This document shows, one piece after another, positions 50,074 to 60,889 of a stretch of 64,000 nucleotides of DNA. A model generated the notes under the pieces. The model was not told where the DNA came from, made no database searches, and worked only from the letters and a program-made list of their open reading frames with translations. The stretch lies in NCBI GenBank assembly GCA_963691875.1, contig OY829846.1:2016001-2080000 (forward strand), read 5' to 3'. The translations under genes were made by a program, and so were the position numbers. The DNA is from Aureliella sp. Lineage in GTDB: Bacteria > Planctomycetota > Planctomycetia > Pirellulales > Pirellulaceae. Position 1 is the stretch's first letter. Each line of letters starts with the position of its first letter.

Positions 50074-51124
50074 CGCCCGAAAGCTGCCCGCACCTCCGTA
50101 GCATCCCATTGCTTCTGTGCTCCGGCCAAGATGCAAACGTTAGGCTTCGCAGACGGCAAAGGTTACCCATCGGGAGATCCTGCTGTGAAACGCAAGAATA
50201 GCTTTTCAATGAACTGGTTTATGTTGTTCACCATGGTGTGCGCCTCATCTGGACTGTTCGCCATCTATCTGCAGCTCACATGACATCGCCGCACTTTGCT
50301 TTTCATGCTTTGTATTGCGACGATGTACTCCTGGCTTTGCTGGCTCATGCGGCATTTCCGATATGCATGGTGGTTTGGCTTGACGGTGCGAAGTCTTCTA
50401 GAAAAAACCTAAGGTCACTTTGGCTTCCTACAGCAATAGCTGCGGTCCCGCCTTGCACTGAACTTACCGTTTTTCCGAAACTCGCCACCCAAGTTCGCTT
50501 TCTAGTGCTCAAAATCTGGTTTCATGGAAGTCGCAGCCTCTTGCAAGGCGGGTGATCAAAGTGGATGTTTCGTGGCGACGCAAGTCGAGGAGCAATAGCC
50601 TCACACCACCGTTTTCACCAATGGGCAGGCTGGATCTACAAACCCTTGCGGGTTTTGTTCATTTTGCAGATCGAGAATATGTACCTATGTGTTCTGAATT
50701 GAACATCAGCAGCGGTTCAAGCTCCTAGTCTCTTGGGGACGGTTGTTACGCTCTATACTCATACTACAACTACATGTAGAGAGGTTGGTCGTAGTCGCCC
50801 AAGTTAGAGTAGAAGGGACTAACGAAAGTCGAACAAGGAATTTCATATTTCGAAGTTAGGTTTCCAGAGACTTGTCGGCTGGCAAGCACATGCAGCTCTT
50901 GGGGATAAATTCTAGTTGACTTAGGAAAGCCGAAATCAACTAGGGACATTGGAGCTACTTGCTTAGGAACTGAGCACGAAATCTGGTACGACGCGGGGCG
51001 TTAGAGCACGGGGCGAAAGCGTGGAAGCCCAAGTCAACTCGCCCTCGCACTCAATTAGTTCACCAAAGAACCTGTAGGCGTAGGCCAGCCACAGGCTTGT
51101 TGTGTTCGCATCCTGACGGCAAGT

Positions 51125-53155
51125 TTAGTTTTCCAATGCCGGCTTGAAATTGAGCGAAACGACTTCCTTCGTTGCCTGTAGTTGGAAGGTAATCAGCCCT
51201 GAATCGGCGACCTCAAACCTCGGGTCTTGCAGTTGCCCTCCGAGCGACATGAGTCCCGGTTGGTTTTGCAAAGACGCCACGAGGCTTACGGCGTCACCCA
51301 TCTTCTTGACGCTGGTTTTAAGCTTGGGAAGGAACGCCGAGCCCGCGCTGCTTGGCATGATCGCGATCTTGATGTGGTGCAAACCGTTGGCAGCAATGTC
51401 GAGACCGACTCCGATCGCCGCCGTTTCTTTCACCCATACATACACCTGCATCGGATCATCAACAGGTTCCAGCAGCGACTCAATTGCGAGCACCTCTTCT
51501 GGAACCAAAGTGCTGAGCTGTAAGAGGCCACCCTCGACTGCTCGCGTGCATGCGACCAGGGCCTCAGTCGGTACCTCAGAAGTAGGGAGCTTGCTTTCGG
51601 ATATCAAACGAAGTTTATCGGTCTTGACGAATACCTTGGCCAGCTTCTCCTTCGCTTCATCCAAATGCTTTCCCAGTGCGAGCAGCATCAGAGCCCCCTC
51701 GTTCTCACTAATGCCAGCCCAGATACTTGCCCAGTCAACAGGCTGTTCACTAGTTACCTCAAATGCGCTAGCCCCGAGAGAGGCGGAAAAGCGATCGTCA
51801 TTCTTTCGCCGCTCTTCAGGAATCACCTGGAATATCACCGATAAATTCGAATCAACACGCGTCAAGTTGCTCATCGTTAGACCCGTGTCCTCCAGCGAGA
51901 AATCGATACTACCCTGGAGTGTATTCGTAATTGACGACAGAATCGTCGCCCATTGCTCATGCTTCATCAACTCACTTGGAGCAATCGTGAAGTATCCGCG
52001 CTGAGTACCGAAAATCTCATCCGGTCGCATTGCTTCTCTCGAGAATGGCTTGACCGAGATCGGCTTTGCCTTGTCCCTGGACGCGATGCGAAGTGTATCA
52101 TCCGGATCGCCTGCTTGAGCAGTCCAGGCGAGAGCCGCGGTGAAGGCGCATACAAGTCCTAGGTTTAGTAGGCCGTTCTGCCAATGGGGAAGCTTTTGAA
52201 ACTCTTTTTCTTTCAACATTTTGATCCTCCTGACCACACTGTTGGTCGTAACGGAAACTTCAAGAAACATCGGAATGTGCGACTGCGAATCCGTTCGCAG
52301 CGCCAACATCGAAAGGCCTTGCCGATATTGTGCGGTGATCGAGAAGGCCTCGGTGGCCTTCAAGTCTGTTGCTAGCTCTTGTGCGGCAATCAATTGGCGG
52401 CGAAGCAAACCCGCGATCGGGTGCAGCCAGAAAGTGCTCAGCATCAATTCGGAAATGAATCGCCACTTTGCGTCGCCTCTTGCCAAGTGCTGGAGTTCGT
52501 GAGCCAAGGCTACATCGCGTTCTAGGGCAGTCCAACTGGTAAAATCGCAAGGGACAAGAATCGTTTTGGGTCGCAGCCAGCATACGCAAGGAGACTGAAT
52601 CCCTGGGCTCTCGAGGAGTTCGCTGCAGAGTCCCTTGTGCTGCACCCGCGACTCTAGTCTTCGCAGCTGCTTCAGAGTCTCTCGATCATCCAAGCTGCGA
52701 GCCGACCGGAGCAACTTGCCGATCGCGATCATCCCCAATGAACATCGCAGTGCCGGGACAGCCAACATGAATGCGAAAAGTGATTGGGCAACTACAATCA
52801 ATTGCGACTGCAATTGTGGCTTCTTTATTTTGAACTCGGAACAGAACTCGGAATACCTACCAAGGAGCCTTGACAAGGACGCGACAGGCACTTGGATTGA
52901 AATCGCTGTATCCGTTGTCCCGGCTGTTTCACCATGCTGCGAAAGCTGGAGCAAAGACTCGGTCTCGCCCTTGAAAATCCAAAGCCTAGGCAACCCGAAG
53001 CTTCCGAACAGAACCGCCAGACTACAGCAGAGCACTCCTAGCTTGAGCCAATTTGCGGCCAGTGCGGGCATGCGAGTCTCCAGCCATCGTGACGCGGCCA
53101 AGCAAAATCCGCCGATTAAGGTAATTTGAGTGAAGCAAACGAGGAAGCCTAACAT
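51125..53155 (-). CDS. BlaR1-like M56 metallopeptidase
   Basis: LAHELQH (HExxH), RGD, FWLHP, ELATD; paired with a BlaI-family gene. Confidence 0.88.
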   Translation of the reverse strand: MLGFLVCFTQITLIGGFCLAASRWLETRMPALAANWLKLGVLCCSLAVLFGSFGLPRLWIFKGETESLLQLSQHGETAGTTDTAISIQVPVASLSRLLGRYSEFCSEFKIKKPQLQSQLIVVAQSLFAFMLAVPALRCSLGMIAIGKLLRSARSLDDRETLKQLRRLESRVQHKGLCSELLESPGIQSPCVCWLRPKTILVPCDFTSWTALERDVALAHELQHLARGDAKWRFISELMLSTFWLHPIAGLLRRQLIAAQELATDLKATEAFSITAQYRQGLSMLALRTDSQSHIPMFLEVSVTTNSVVRRIKMLKEKEFQKLPHWQNGLLNLGLVCAFTAALAWTAQAGDPDDTLRIASRDKAKPISVKPFSREAMRPDEIFGTQRGYFTIAPSELMKHEQWATILSSITNTLQGSIDFSLEDTGLTMSNLTRVDSNLSVIFQVIPEERRKNDDRFSASLGASAFEVTSEQPVDWASIWAGISENEGALMLLALGKHLDEAKEKLAKVFVKTDKLRLISESKLPTSEVPTEALVACTRAVEGGLLQLSTLVPEEVLAIESLLEPVDDPMQVYVWVKETAAIGVGLDIAANGLHHIKIAIMPSSAGSAFLPKLKTSVKKMGDAVSLVASLQNQPGLMSLGGQLQDPRFEVADSGLITFQLQATKEVVSLNFKPALEN

Positions 53156-53556
53156 GTGCTGCCCTCCTGTTCTTCATTCTCCTGCTCCATAAGGACTTGC
53201 TGTAGATAGTCACGTTCTTCTTGGCTCAGCTGTTTCCGGTCTAGCAGATGCACCAAAAGAGCCTCGCGCGAGCCTTGAAAGACTTTGGTAACGAGATCAC
53301 CGACCAATCGCGTCGAGACTTGCTGAAAAGTTCGCAGGGCTTGGTAGCGAAAGGGACGCTTCTCATTTGTCTGCTTCAAGAAGCCTTTGTCCACCAAGCT
53401 GCGTACGACATTGGCGACCGTGACGTACGCCAGCTGCTCGCCTTCCTGCTCTATGTGGCGATGCGCGTCTTCAGCGGTGGCGCTCGGCTCCTGCCAGAAG
53501 ATCTGCATCACAGCCAATTCCCTGGCCGTCAATTCGGTAGCTTTGGGTCTAACCAC
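53149..53556 (-). CDS. BlaI/MecI/CopY family transcriptional repressor
   Basis: LTARELAVMQIFW, LAYVTV...LVDKG; GGAGG RBS before GTG 53556. Confidence 0.9.
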   Translation of the reverse strand: MVRPKATELTARELAVMQIFWQEPSATAEDAHRHIEQEGEQLAYVTVANVVRSLVDKGFLKQTNEKRPFRYQALRTFQQVSTRLVGDLVTKVFQGSREALLVHLLDRKQLSQEERDYLQQVLMEQENEEQEGSTC

Positions 53557-53847
53557 TTGGTATCCCTCCTCCCTGAGATTTGAATAACCAAATTCGGTTT
53601 TCCAAAACTTAGCTCTTCCCTGGGTTTCGCGGCAAGGGCAGTTTTGGATAATCAAAACTGCTTGCTAGCGATCCAGTAGTTGGGCAGGAGACGTCGTCAG
53701 GATGCCGTTTTATTGCGGAAACCGTCTGACTTTTGGTCAGTAGTGGATACGGCTACGAATCCCGGAGCAAGGCTCCAAATAAATTGGACCAAGGCAAGAC
53801 CGGGTTTACGGCTGCTCGTTGAACGAAATGATACACCAATGGAGTGA

Positions 53848-55047
53848 ATGGACTTGGAACTGATTTGGAACGACGGTGGGCGGGCTGCTTGTGGCTACGT
53901 TGGCACAACAGGTGATTGTGTGACTCGGTCGATCGCAATTGCGACGGGAACCGCGTATCGCGAGGTCTACGATGAACTCGGTGAGAAGTCACTGAAGACT
54001 CCGCGAGATGGAGTCGCGGTGCAGTTCGCAGCTGAATACTTGCGCGAGCTCGGATGGACGAAACACCTTGGAAGGCAGTCTCTCTTTGCCAAAGAGAATC
54101 TGCCGCTAGGTCGCGTGATTTGTTATCTACAAAAAGAATCAGGCGGCGGACACCACTTTAGTTCCGTCATCGATGGAACCGTTCACGACACATGGAATCC
54201 GTCAGACGACGAGTACTACGTGATTCACGACTACTGGACCCCGCCTGAGAAGGAACGGTCCGATGCAATGGTCGTCTCGTCGCGACATGTTTCGGATTCA
54301 CAGAAGCTAAGTCAGAAAGAATTCGACAAGGTGCTGCGACGGCTTCGTGCCCTGGACAACACCGCCAACAATGGCGCCAGTACGGAAGGCGAAAAACGCA
54401 ACGCGCTGCGGATGATGCAAAGCCTGATGCTTACTCACAATTTGACTCAGGATGATCTTGAAACAAAGGAAGACAGGCATACGCAACTGGCTCGAATCGC
54501 GTGCCCTGTGAACGGCCGGCGAGTTTGCACGTGGGAAGTAATGTTGGCTTACTATGTGACTCAGCACGTCTTCCCGGCCGTGCAGTTTTTCCGAGCAACT
54601 CGGCAGCACCGATCAATGTTTTGGTTTTATGGTCCGGTTCAAGACGTCGAGAACTCCATTGCCCTGTTTCGCGAGCTAATGCTCACCATTGCAACAGCCG
54701 CCAAGCTACAGTTCGGCGGTTACAGTCGCGGTAGCGGCGCATCCTATGCGGAGGGTTATGTTGCTGGCTTGCCACGCGCCTTCGAAGGAGAATTGGGGAG
54801 CTCGCCTGGCGATCGGAAAGTTGAAGGTTCCGATCAAATCGGATTGATCCACCAACGTATGCTGGCCATTCATACCGCCTCACGCGAATGGTTGGCAGCA
54901 GAGTGCGGTATCCGTTTGGTCGCCGGCTCAGGTCGTGGACGCTACGCGCATGATCCAAACGCGGCAGGACTAGGCAAGCAGCATGGCTCAAAGCATCAGG
55001 TCAACACGCATGGAAGACGCAAAGGTATTGGGTATCGGGCTGGCTGA
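53848..55047 (+). CDS. DUF2786-like protein with an N-terminal papain-like (Cys/His/Asp) domain
   Basis: GDCVTRSIAIATG...HFSSVIDG.VHDTW; then RRLRAL...TEGEKRNALRMMQSLM..HNL. Confidence 0.7.
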   Translation: MDLELIWNDGGRAACGYVGTTGDCVTRSIAIATGTAYREVYDELGEKSLKTPRDGVAVQFAAEYLRELGWTKHLGRQSLFAKENLPLGRVICYLQKESGGGHHFSSVIDGTVHDTWNPSDDEYYVIHDYWTPPEKERSDAMVVSSRHVSDSQKLSQKEFDKVLRRLRALDNTANNGASTEGEKRNALRMMQSLMLTHNLTQDDLETKEDRHTQLARIACPVNGRRVCTWEVMLAYYVTQHVFPAVQFFRATRQHRSMFWFYGPVQDVENSIALFRELMLTIATAAKLQFGGYSRGSGASYAEGYVAGLPRAFEGELGSSPGDRKVEGSDQIGLIHQRMLAIHTASREWLAAECGIRLVAGSGRGRYAHDPNAAGLGKQHGSKHQVNTHGRRKGIGYRAG

Positions 55048-55100
55048 AGAAATTCGGATGGATTTCAAGGACATCTTGCAAAGTCCACTGAAAGGAGAGG

Positions 55101-56291
55101 CTAGTCCTCAAGGAACTTGAGGACGTTTAGTAGCAGCTCGGTGGTCTTGTCGAGCTTCGGTTTGGTTGCAGTGTTCAAATCCCAAGCTGCGAGCCAACGA
55201 TGATTCGTTTTCTTTAGTCCGAAGTCATCCACTAGGTGCTTTTCGAAGTCCGGCAAGTGCGCAGCGCCGTAAAAGATACCGATCGTTTTCTTGCCCGCCG
55301 CAATCTGCTTTTGCAAGCCCTGCAAAGCCACCGCGTTTCGGTCCACAATGAGCAATTGATTGAGAGATCGCCCCAAGCCTTGATCAAGCGATCCAGTTTT
55401 GGCGAATTGATTCGCCATCATCCGTTTCATCTTCAGCGGATTGCTAAAAACATCCCTGATGGAGATGTCCTCTGGATCGAATCCCAGTAGCTCTTCCGCC
55501 GCCTTGGGTTCTTCCATGATCTTGTTCTGCTGTTTCATCAGATCAGAAAAAGTATCCAGTGCCAGAGTAAACGGAGTCTCACCGCGTTCGGCCATTTTTT
55601 TGCCCATTTGCGAGGGAGTCATGTCTGCTCGAACAAAATGCTCTTTGGTGTAGTCAACTTTTTCTAGCTGTAATTCTAGGCCGAGCATTTTCTGCATTCC
55701 GCCCTGCAATGCACCAACAGGATTGAATCCTTGCTCCTCCCGTTTGCCACCCATAGGGATCTCGGTGCCTTCCGGTGCAACTAGTTCATAAAGCAAAACA
55801 TCGTACTCGTCAAAAAGGCTATTCAACTTTTCGTAGTAGGAAGCCTCGCCAATGTGCACAGCTCCGATCAAATCGACTTTAACACCGTTTTCCGTCGCGG
55901 CTCGGTAGGTCACGACAGCAGTATCCAGAGATTTGAGTTCGCCCTTTTTCGTTCGCAGATGAAGAAAACGTGTTTTGCCATCTTCCGTAACCTTTGCGGC
56001 GGCCTTCGCTTCAAGTTTTGCCTTCTGCTTTTCTTCCGTTGTCAATTCCGATTCTGCGTTGGCGGCTTGCGTCTCGTCATCCGAACTCACCAACCGCTCA
56101 ACCTCGGACCTAAAGTCACTCTTTGCCCAGGAAATCGACTCGCTTTCGGGCTTCTGAACGGTTTCACTGGCAGTGGTTTTTGGGGTCGGAGGCGCCTCCT
56201 GCGCTTGGAGGGAAATCGGCAATGCGAGACAAACACAGATCAGCAAGAGTTTGTTCGTTCCGCCAAGTAGGTCAGGGTTTTTCAATGACAT
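55101..56291 (-). CDS. secreted hypothetical protein (TraB/GumN-like)
   Basis: Signal peptide, VDLIGAVHIG, LYELV, DRN, FYGAAH. Confidence 0.75.
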   Translation of the reverse strand: MSLKNPDLLGGTNKLLLICVCLALPISLQAQEAPPTPKTTASETVQKPESESISWAKSDFRSEVERLVSSDDETQAANAESELTTEEKQKAKLEAKAAAKVTEDGKTRFLHLRTKKGELKSLDTAVVTYRAATENGVKVDLIGAVHIGEASYYEKLNSLFDEYDVLLYELVAPEGTEIPMGGKREEQGFNPVGALQGGMQKMLGLELQLEKVDYTKEHFVRADMTPSQMGKKMAERGETPFTLALDTFSDLMKQQNKIMEEPKAAEELLGFDPEDISIRDVFSNPLKMKRMMANQFAKTGSLDQGLGRSLNQLLIVDRNAVALQGLQKQIAAGKKTIGIFYGAAHLPDFEKHLVDDFGLKKTNHRWLAAWDLNTATKPKLDKTTELLLNVLKFLED

Positions 56292-56506
56292 GGTGATTCC
56301 AGAAGTGAGATTGGTTGAGCGGATTCTCGCGAGGCACGATTGTTCCCTATTCATTATTCTGGCTTTCAAGCAACATATTTCCATTGCTTCACAAAAAAGT
56401 CACACTTCTTTCAGATCCACTATCGGCTAGTGGAGCGGTATGATCACAAACGGCCACTGCCAGCGACTACAATTGTGGCTTTCCCCCGCCATCGCTAGGT
56501 CCCGTC

Positions 56507-58087
56507 ATGCTTCGCCCTTCTCTCCTGACGTTCTCTATCGCCGCATTGCTTTTCGTCCTTGGGCTCTCCAGCGTAGTATTTGCCGGAGAACGTCCCAACA
56601 TTCTGTTTGCGATCGCAGACGATTGGTCGTATGGCCATGCATCAGCCTACGGATGTAAGTGGGTGAGTACTCCGAACTTTGATCGGATCGCTCGTGAAGG
56701 CTTGTTGTTCAAGAACGCTTACACGCCGAACGCAAAATGTGCTCCGTCTCGAGCCACGATTTTGACCGGTCGCTATTCCTGGCAGCTGGAGCAAGCTGGA
56801 AATCATATGACTTATTTCCCGGCAAAATTCGGTGGTTTCGTCGAACGCTTGGCTGCCGATGGCTACTTCGCTGGTTACACAGGCAAAGGCTGGGGACCGG
56901 GCTTCGCCAATGACGCCGACGGCAAGGCTCGTGCCATCACTGGCAAACGCTATTCGACATTGAAGCAGAAACCACCAACGAAAGCGATTTCCAACGTCAA
57001 CTACGCTGGCAACTTTGAAGAGTTTCTCAAAGATGCTCCGGACGATGAGCCTTGGGTGTTCTGGTACGGCACACTGGAACCGCACCGCGCCTACGAATTT
57101 AAATCGGGCGTAAAGGCTGGCAAGAAACTGTCCGACGTGGAGCGAGTCCCCGGATACTGGCCTGACAACGAGACAACGCGGCACGACATGCTAGATTATG
57201 CTGTAGAAGTCGAGCACTATGACTCGCACCTGGGTAAGATCATTAAGCAACTGGAGAAATCGGGACAACTCGACAACACGCTTATCGTTTGTACTTCGGA
57301 CCACGGAATGCCTTTCCCACGAGTGAAGGGACAAGCCTACCTGCATTCGAATCACATACCGCTGGCCATTCGTTGGCCGAAAGGCATCGATGTTAGCGGA
57401 CGCGTTATCGACGACTTCGTCAACTTTACGGATCTCGCACCAACGTTCCTTGAGGTCGCAGGTGTTTCCGCCCCTGGCCCGATCATGCAACCGCTTAGCG
57501 GCAAGAGTCTGACGGACATTTTTCAGGCCAAGGGATCGGGACGGATTACCATCAAGCGCAACCATGTACTCGTCGGCAAGGAACGGCACGATATCGGCCG
57601 GCCCAACAATTGGGGTTTCCCAATTCGCGGAATCAACAATGGCAAGTTCTTGCTGATCCACAATCTCAAATTCGACCGTTGGCCAGCGGGGCATCCGCAA
57701 ACTGGCTATCTAAACTGCGATGGTAGCCCTACTAAGACAGACATTCTGAACTTGCGCCGTAGTGGTGATGAAGCCAGTTGGTGGGATTTGTGTTTTGGGA
57801 AAAGGCCTGAATTTGAACTTTACAACTTGGAGACCGATCCAGATTGCGTGATTAACGTAGCCGACGCGCCGCGATACCGAGACACGCTAACTCAACTTAA
57901 GAAGCAACTAAAGTCGGAACTGACCGAGCAGGGCGATCCCAGGATGTTTGGCAAAGGCGACGTTTTTGACAACTATCCCTATTCCGGTGCCTCAACCGAT
58001 AACTTCTACAAACGATTCATGGCCGGCGAAGAATTGCCAGCGGGTTGGGTCAACAAGAGTGACTTTGAAAAAGAAGCGATCAAGTAG
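56507..58087 (+). CDS. formylglycine-dependent sulfatase
   Basis: [26 protein letters not shown]. Confidence 0.93.
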   Translation: MLRPSLLTFSIAALLFVLGLSSVVFAGERPNILFAIADDWSYGHASAYGCKWVSTPNFDRIAREGLLFKNAYTPNAKCAPSRATILTGRYSWQLEQAGNHMTYFPAKFGGFVERLAADGYFAGYTGKGWGPGFANDADGKARAITGKRYSTLKQKPPTKAISNVNYAGNFEEFLKDAPDDEPWVFWYGTLEPHRAYEFKSGVKAGKKLSDVERVPGYWPDNETTRHDMLDYAVEVEHYDSHLGKIIKQLEKSGQLDNTLIVCTSDHGMPFPRVKGQAYLHSNHIPLAIRWPKGIDVSGRVIDDFVNFTDLAPTFLEVAGVSAPGPIMQPLSGKSLTDIFQAKGSGRITIKRNHVLVGKERHDIGRPNNWGFPIRGINNGKFLLIHNLKFDRWPAGHPQTGYLNCDGSPTKTDILNLRRSGDEASWWDLCFGKRPEFELYNLETDPDCVINVADAPRYRDTLTQLKKQLKSELTEQGDPRMFGKGDVFDNYPYSGASTDNFYKRFMAGEELPAGWVNKSDFEKEAIK

Positions 58088-58579
58088 TTCCGAGTTGTGA
58101 TTCACGCAGTAGAGAATTCAGGTGTGAACAGGTTGTGATTTTGAACTTGTTTTGCTGATGTTCGCCAAAGAGATGCATTTTGATTCCCTCGTTCGATTCA
58201 ATCGTCAAGAGTGGAAGTCGACTACTTTTTCTGCGAGATTCGCAGGAGCTTGTGCGAAAGAAATTCTGTAACCTGGATTGGAGCTGGCGGCAGTAAACTA
58301 AGTTTGAACGGAGCAGAGGATTGCTCTAGAAAGCATTGGCTTTCTCGCCCCCCGTGTAGGCGATCCGGCCGAGTTTCTTCGGTCGGTTCGCCTTTTTTCA
58401 TTTGGAGACAGAAGACGGGGATATTTAGGCAGCTCGGTAAAAAAGTTTGCGAGCCAAGCGAGATTGGGAATCGACTGAAATCGGCCGAGCGGATAACTTC
58501 CTACAGTAGAGAGCGTGCTGCCCCCGCGATCATTCCTTGAGCCTCGAAAGGTGTGCCGAACTGGTACCGAGACGACTCG

Positions 58580-60244
58580 ATGACGACTTACGTATTTGGA
58601 CACCGCAATCCAGACACCGACGCGATTTGTTCAGCGTTAGCCTATGCCGACTTTTTACAAAGGACTTCCCAGCCTGACGCGGTAGCGGCATGTTGCGGAA
58701 CGCCGAATCAGCGGACTGAGTTTGCGCTTTCCAAAGCCAGGCTGACTGCCCCGCGAATGATCATGGATGTCCGACCTGAGGTTGCGCACGTATGTCGTAC
58801 CGATCCGGTTGTGGCCTACGACGATGAGGTCTTTCAGGAGGTTTACGAGCGAATGAAGGAGCGGAATATCGGCGCTGCTCCTGTACTCGATCGCCAACAA
58901 CGCTTCGTTGGCATGATCACGCTGCTCGATCTGCTCAAAGTCATCTTCGAAGGCGACGACGACGCCAGGCTTTCACGAAGAATCCACAGTTCCGTGGACA
59001 AGGTTTGTTCGGTCCTGCAAGGTACGTTGCAGCACTCGGAAGAAGTCGAGGGCATCACCGACTTCAATATCATGGTCGGCGCCATGTCGGCTGAAGGATT
59101 CACGCAACGATTGCACCAGTTTGAGCCTTCGGAGCTTCTTGTTGTTAGCGGAAACCGCCCGACGATTCAGCTGCCTGCGCTTGAGCACAAAGTCCGAGTG
59201 TTGGTTGTAACGGGCGGGTACGACCTTTCGCCTGGCTTACTGCAACTCGCCAAGCTCAACGGTACCACCGTCATTAGCAGCCAATACGATACCGCGACTA
59301 CGACGATGCGAATCAAGTCGGCTAGACGAATCGATTCCGCCATTCATCGCGACTGCCTGACACTGTCGCCCAAGTTGCCCGTGGAGGATGCGCGTAAGTT
59401 GGTGGAGCGATCACCGCAGCGTTTGTTCCCCGTGCTTGACGATCAAGGATGCTTGTACGGAGTACTTTCGAAGTCAGACTTGATCAGCCCGCCGAAAACG
59501 AAGCTGATTTTGGTTGATCACAATGAACTCAGCCAAGCCGTCATGGGAGCCGACGAGTCGGACATCATCGAAGTGCTCGACCATCATCGGCTCGGCGGTA
59601 GCCTGCGTTCGGACCAACCCATTCGCTTTCACAACGAACCTGTGGGTTCAACTTGCACATTAGTGGCGAACAAGTTTCGTGGGAGTGGGATCGATCCAAC
59701 TCCAGGAATCGCCCTTTGCATGGCCTCGGGAATCATTTCCGACACTCTCAATCTACGCTCGCCGACGACGACTGAAGTCGACAAGATAGCCCTTCAATGG
59801 TTGGGTGAGAAATGTTCTGTCGATCTTGATGAGTTTGTTCAAGAGTTCTTCGCCGTCGGCTCCTCATTGCGAACGCAAGCCGCAGCAAAGGTCGTGCGGG
59901 AAGACTGCAAGCAATTTGAGGATCGCGGCCACGTTTTCTCCATCTCGCAGATTGAAGAGATTGGCTACGATCTCTTTTGGGAACGCAAGAACGAGCTGCA
60001 CGAGGCATTGCTTCTACATACATCGGAAAACAACCTCGACTTCGCAGCCCTCTTTGTAACCGACATCATTACCAATGGCAGCATGTTGTTGATGTCCCAC
60101 GAACCGGAATTCTGGGAGTCCGCGAACTATCCGAACGTCGAGCGTTACGTTTACGAGCTCGAGAACGTTGTTAGTCGCAAGAAGCAGCTGCTTCCACTCT
60201 TTTCGCAATTGCTAGAGAATGCCCAAGTGGCACTGTCGAAGTAA
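58580..60244 (+). CDS. ppaC: Mn-dependent family II inorganic pyrophosphatase with CBS and DRTGG domains
   Basis: GHRNPDTDAI, VDHNE, DHH, SDTL, SRKKQ; VVTGG insert. Confidence 0.92.
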   Translation: MTTYVFGHRNPDTDAICSALAYADFLQRTSQPDAVAACCGTPNQRTEFALSKARLTAPRMIMDVRPEVAHVCRTDPVVAYDDEVFQEVYERMKERNIGAAPVLDRQQRFVGMITLLDLLKVIFEGDDDARLSRRIHSSVDKVCSVLQGTLQHSEEVEGITDFNIMVGAMSAEGFTQRLHQFEPSELLVVSGNRPTIQLPALEHKVRVLVVTGGYDLSPGLLQLAKLNGTTVISSQYDTATTTMRIKSARRIDSAIHRDCLTLSPKLPVEDARKLVERSPQRLFPVLDDQGCLYGVLSKSDLISPPKTKLILVDHNELSQAVMGADESDIIEVLDHHRLGGSLRSDQPIRFHNEPVGSTCTLVANKFRGSGIDPTPGIALCMASGIISDTLNLRSPTTTEVDKIALQWLGEKCSVDLDEFVQEFFAVGSSLRTQAAAKVVREDCKQFEDRGHVFSISQIEEIGYDLFWERKNELHEALLLHTSENNLDFAALFVTDIITNGSMLLMSHEPEFWESANYPNVERYVYELENVVSRKKQLLPLFSQLLENAQVALSK

Positions 60245-60889
60245 TCCTTTCGCATGCATGCAGTAAATTATATCTGCTGCGAGAGGAATCAGCTGATGCC
60301 CTTGCTCGTGCGCGAGATTCGCAAACTTCCTATTTCGAGCATTTTCTCACTATCGGCATTTTCCAAGTGCGGCTACGATCTTGCACAGGCAGTGCAAAGT
60401 CATTGACTCGCTCGCCGGAACCGCATCGGATGGCGTTTGTCTGAAGAGCGGAAATTCGGCCCAGAACGAGTCCCAATGAAGTCGCCTGAGCCATAAGAAA
60501 CGAGGATTTTCCCGTTGATTGCTCAGTCGCCACCATCGAGCTGCGATTTTTCGCAAGCCAAGTGGTTCCCAGGGTTGCTTAGTAAAGCAAAGTCACGCGT
60601 TGCCTGATTTCAGCAAGAACGTATTGTCCTGACGGATATTGTGGGCGGGAAGACAAGCTTCTTCCCTGTACCTCGAGAGAAAAACGACCAAGGGTCTCGC
60701 ATTTCCTCTGAGGTTTGAATGAGAGCGTCGGACACTTGCTGGCCCCAAATTTGAGGAATGCAACTGCCATTTCGCGTCCTCAATTCTTGGGAACAAAAAC
60801 TGTTTCAATCATGCAGCGGAAGAACCGCGCGACCTCGTCCGCAATCCGCGGGCTGAGTACGCACCCAGCAAGAGCAAGAGAAATCCGTC

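Noticed and set aside
50761..50780. CTACATGTAG as a BlaI operator
   Set aside because: It lies downstream of blaR1, far from the blaI promoter, and lacks the usual spacer between TACA and TGTA
51144..52004. Long antisense ORFs (286 aa here; also 25055-25777, 45028-45795, 62813-63529)
   Set aside because: Shadows of well-supported genes on the opposite strand, with no motifs of their own
58088..58579. Mn (yybP-ykoY) or fluoride riboswitch upstream of ppaC
   Set aside because: Consensus elements were not recognisable by eye
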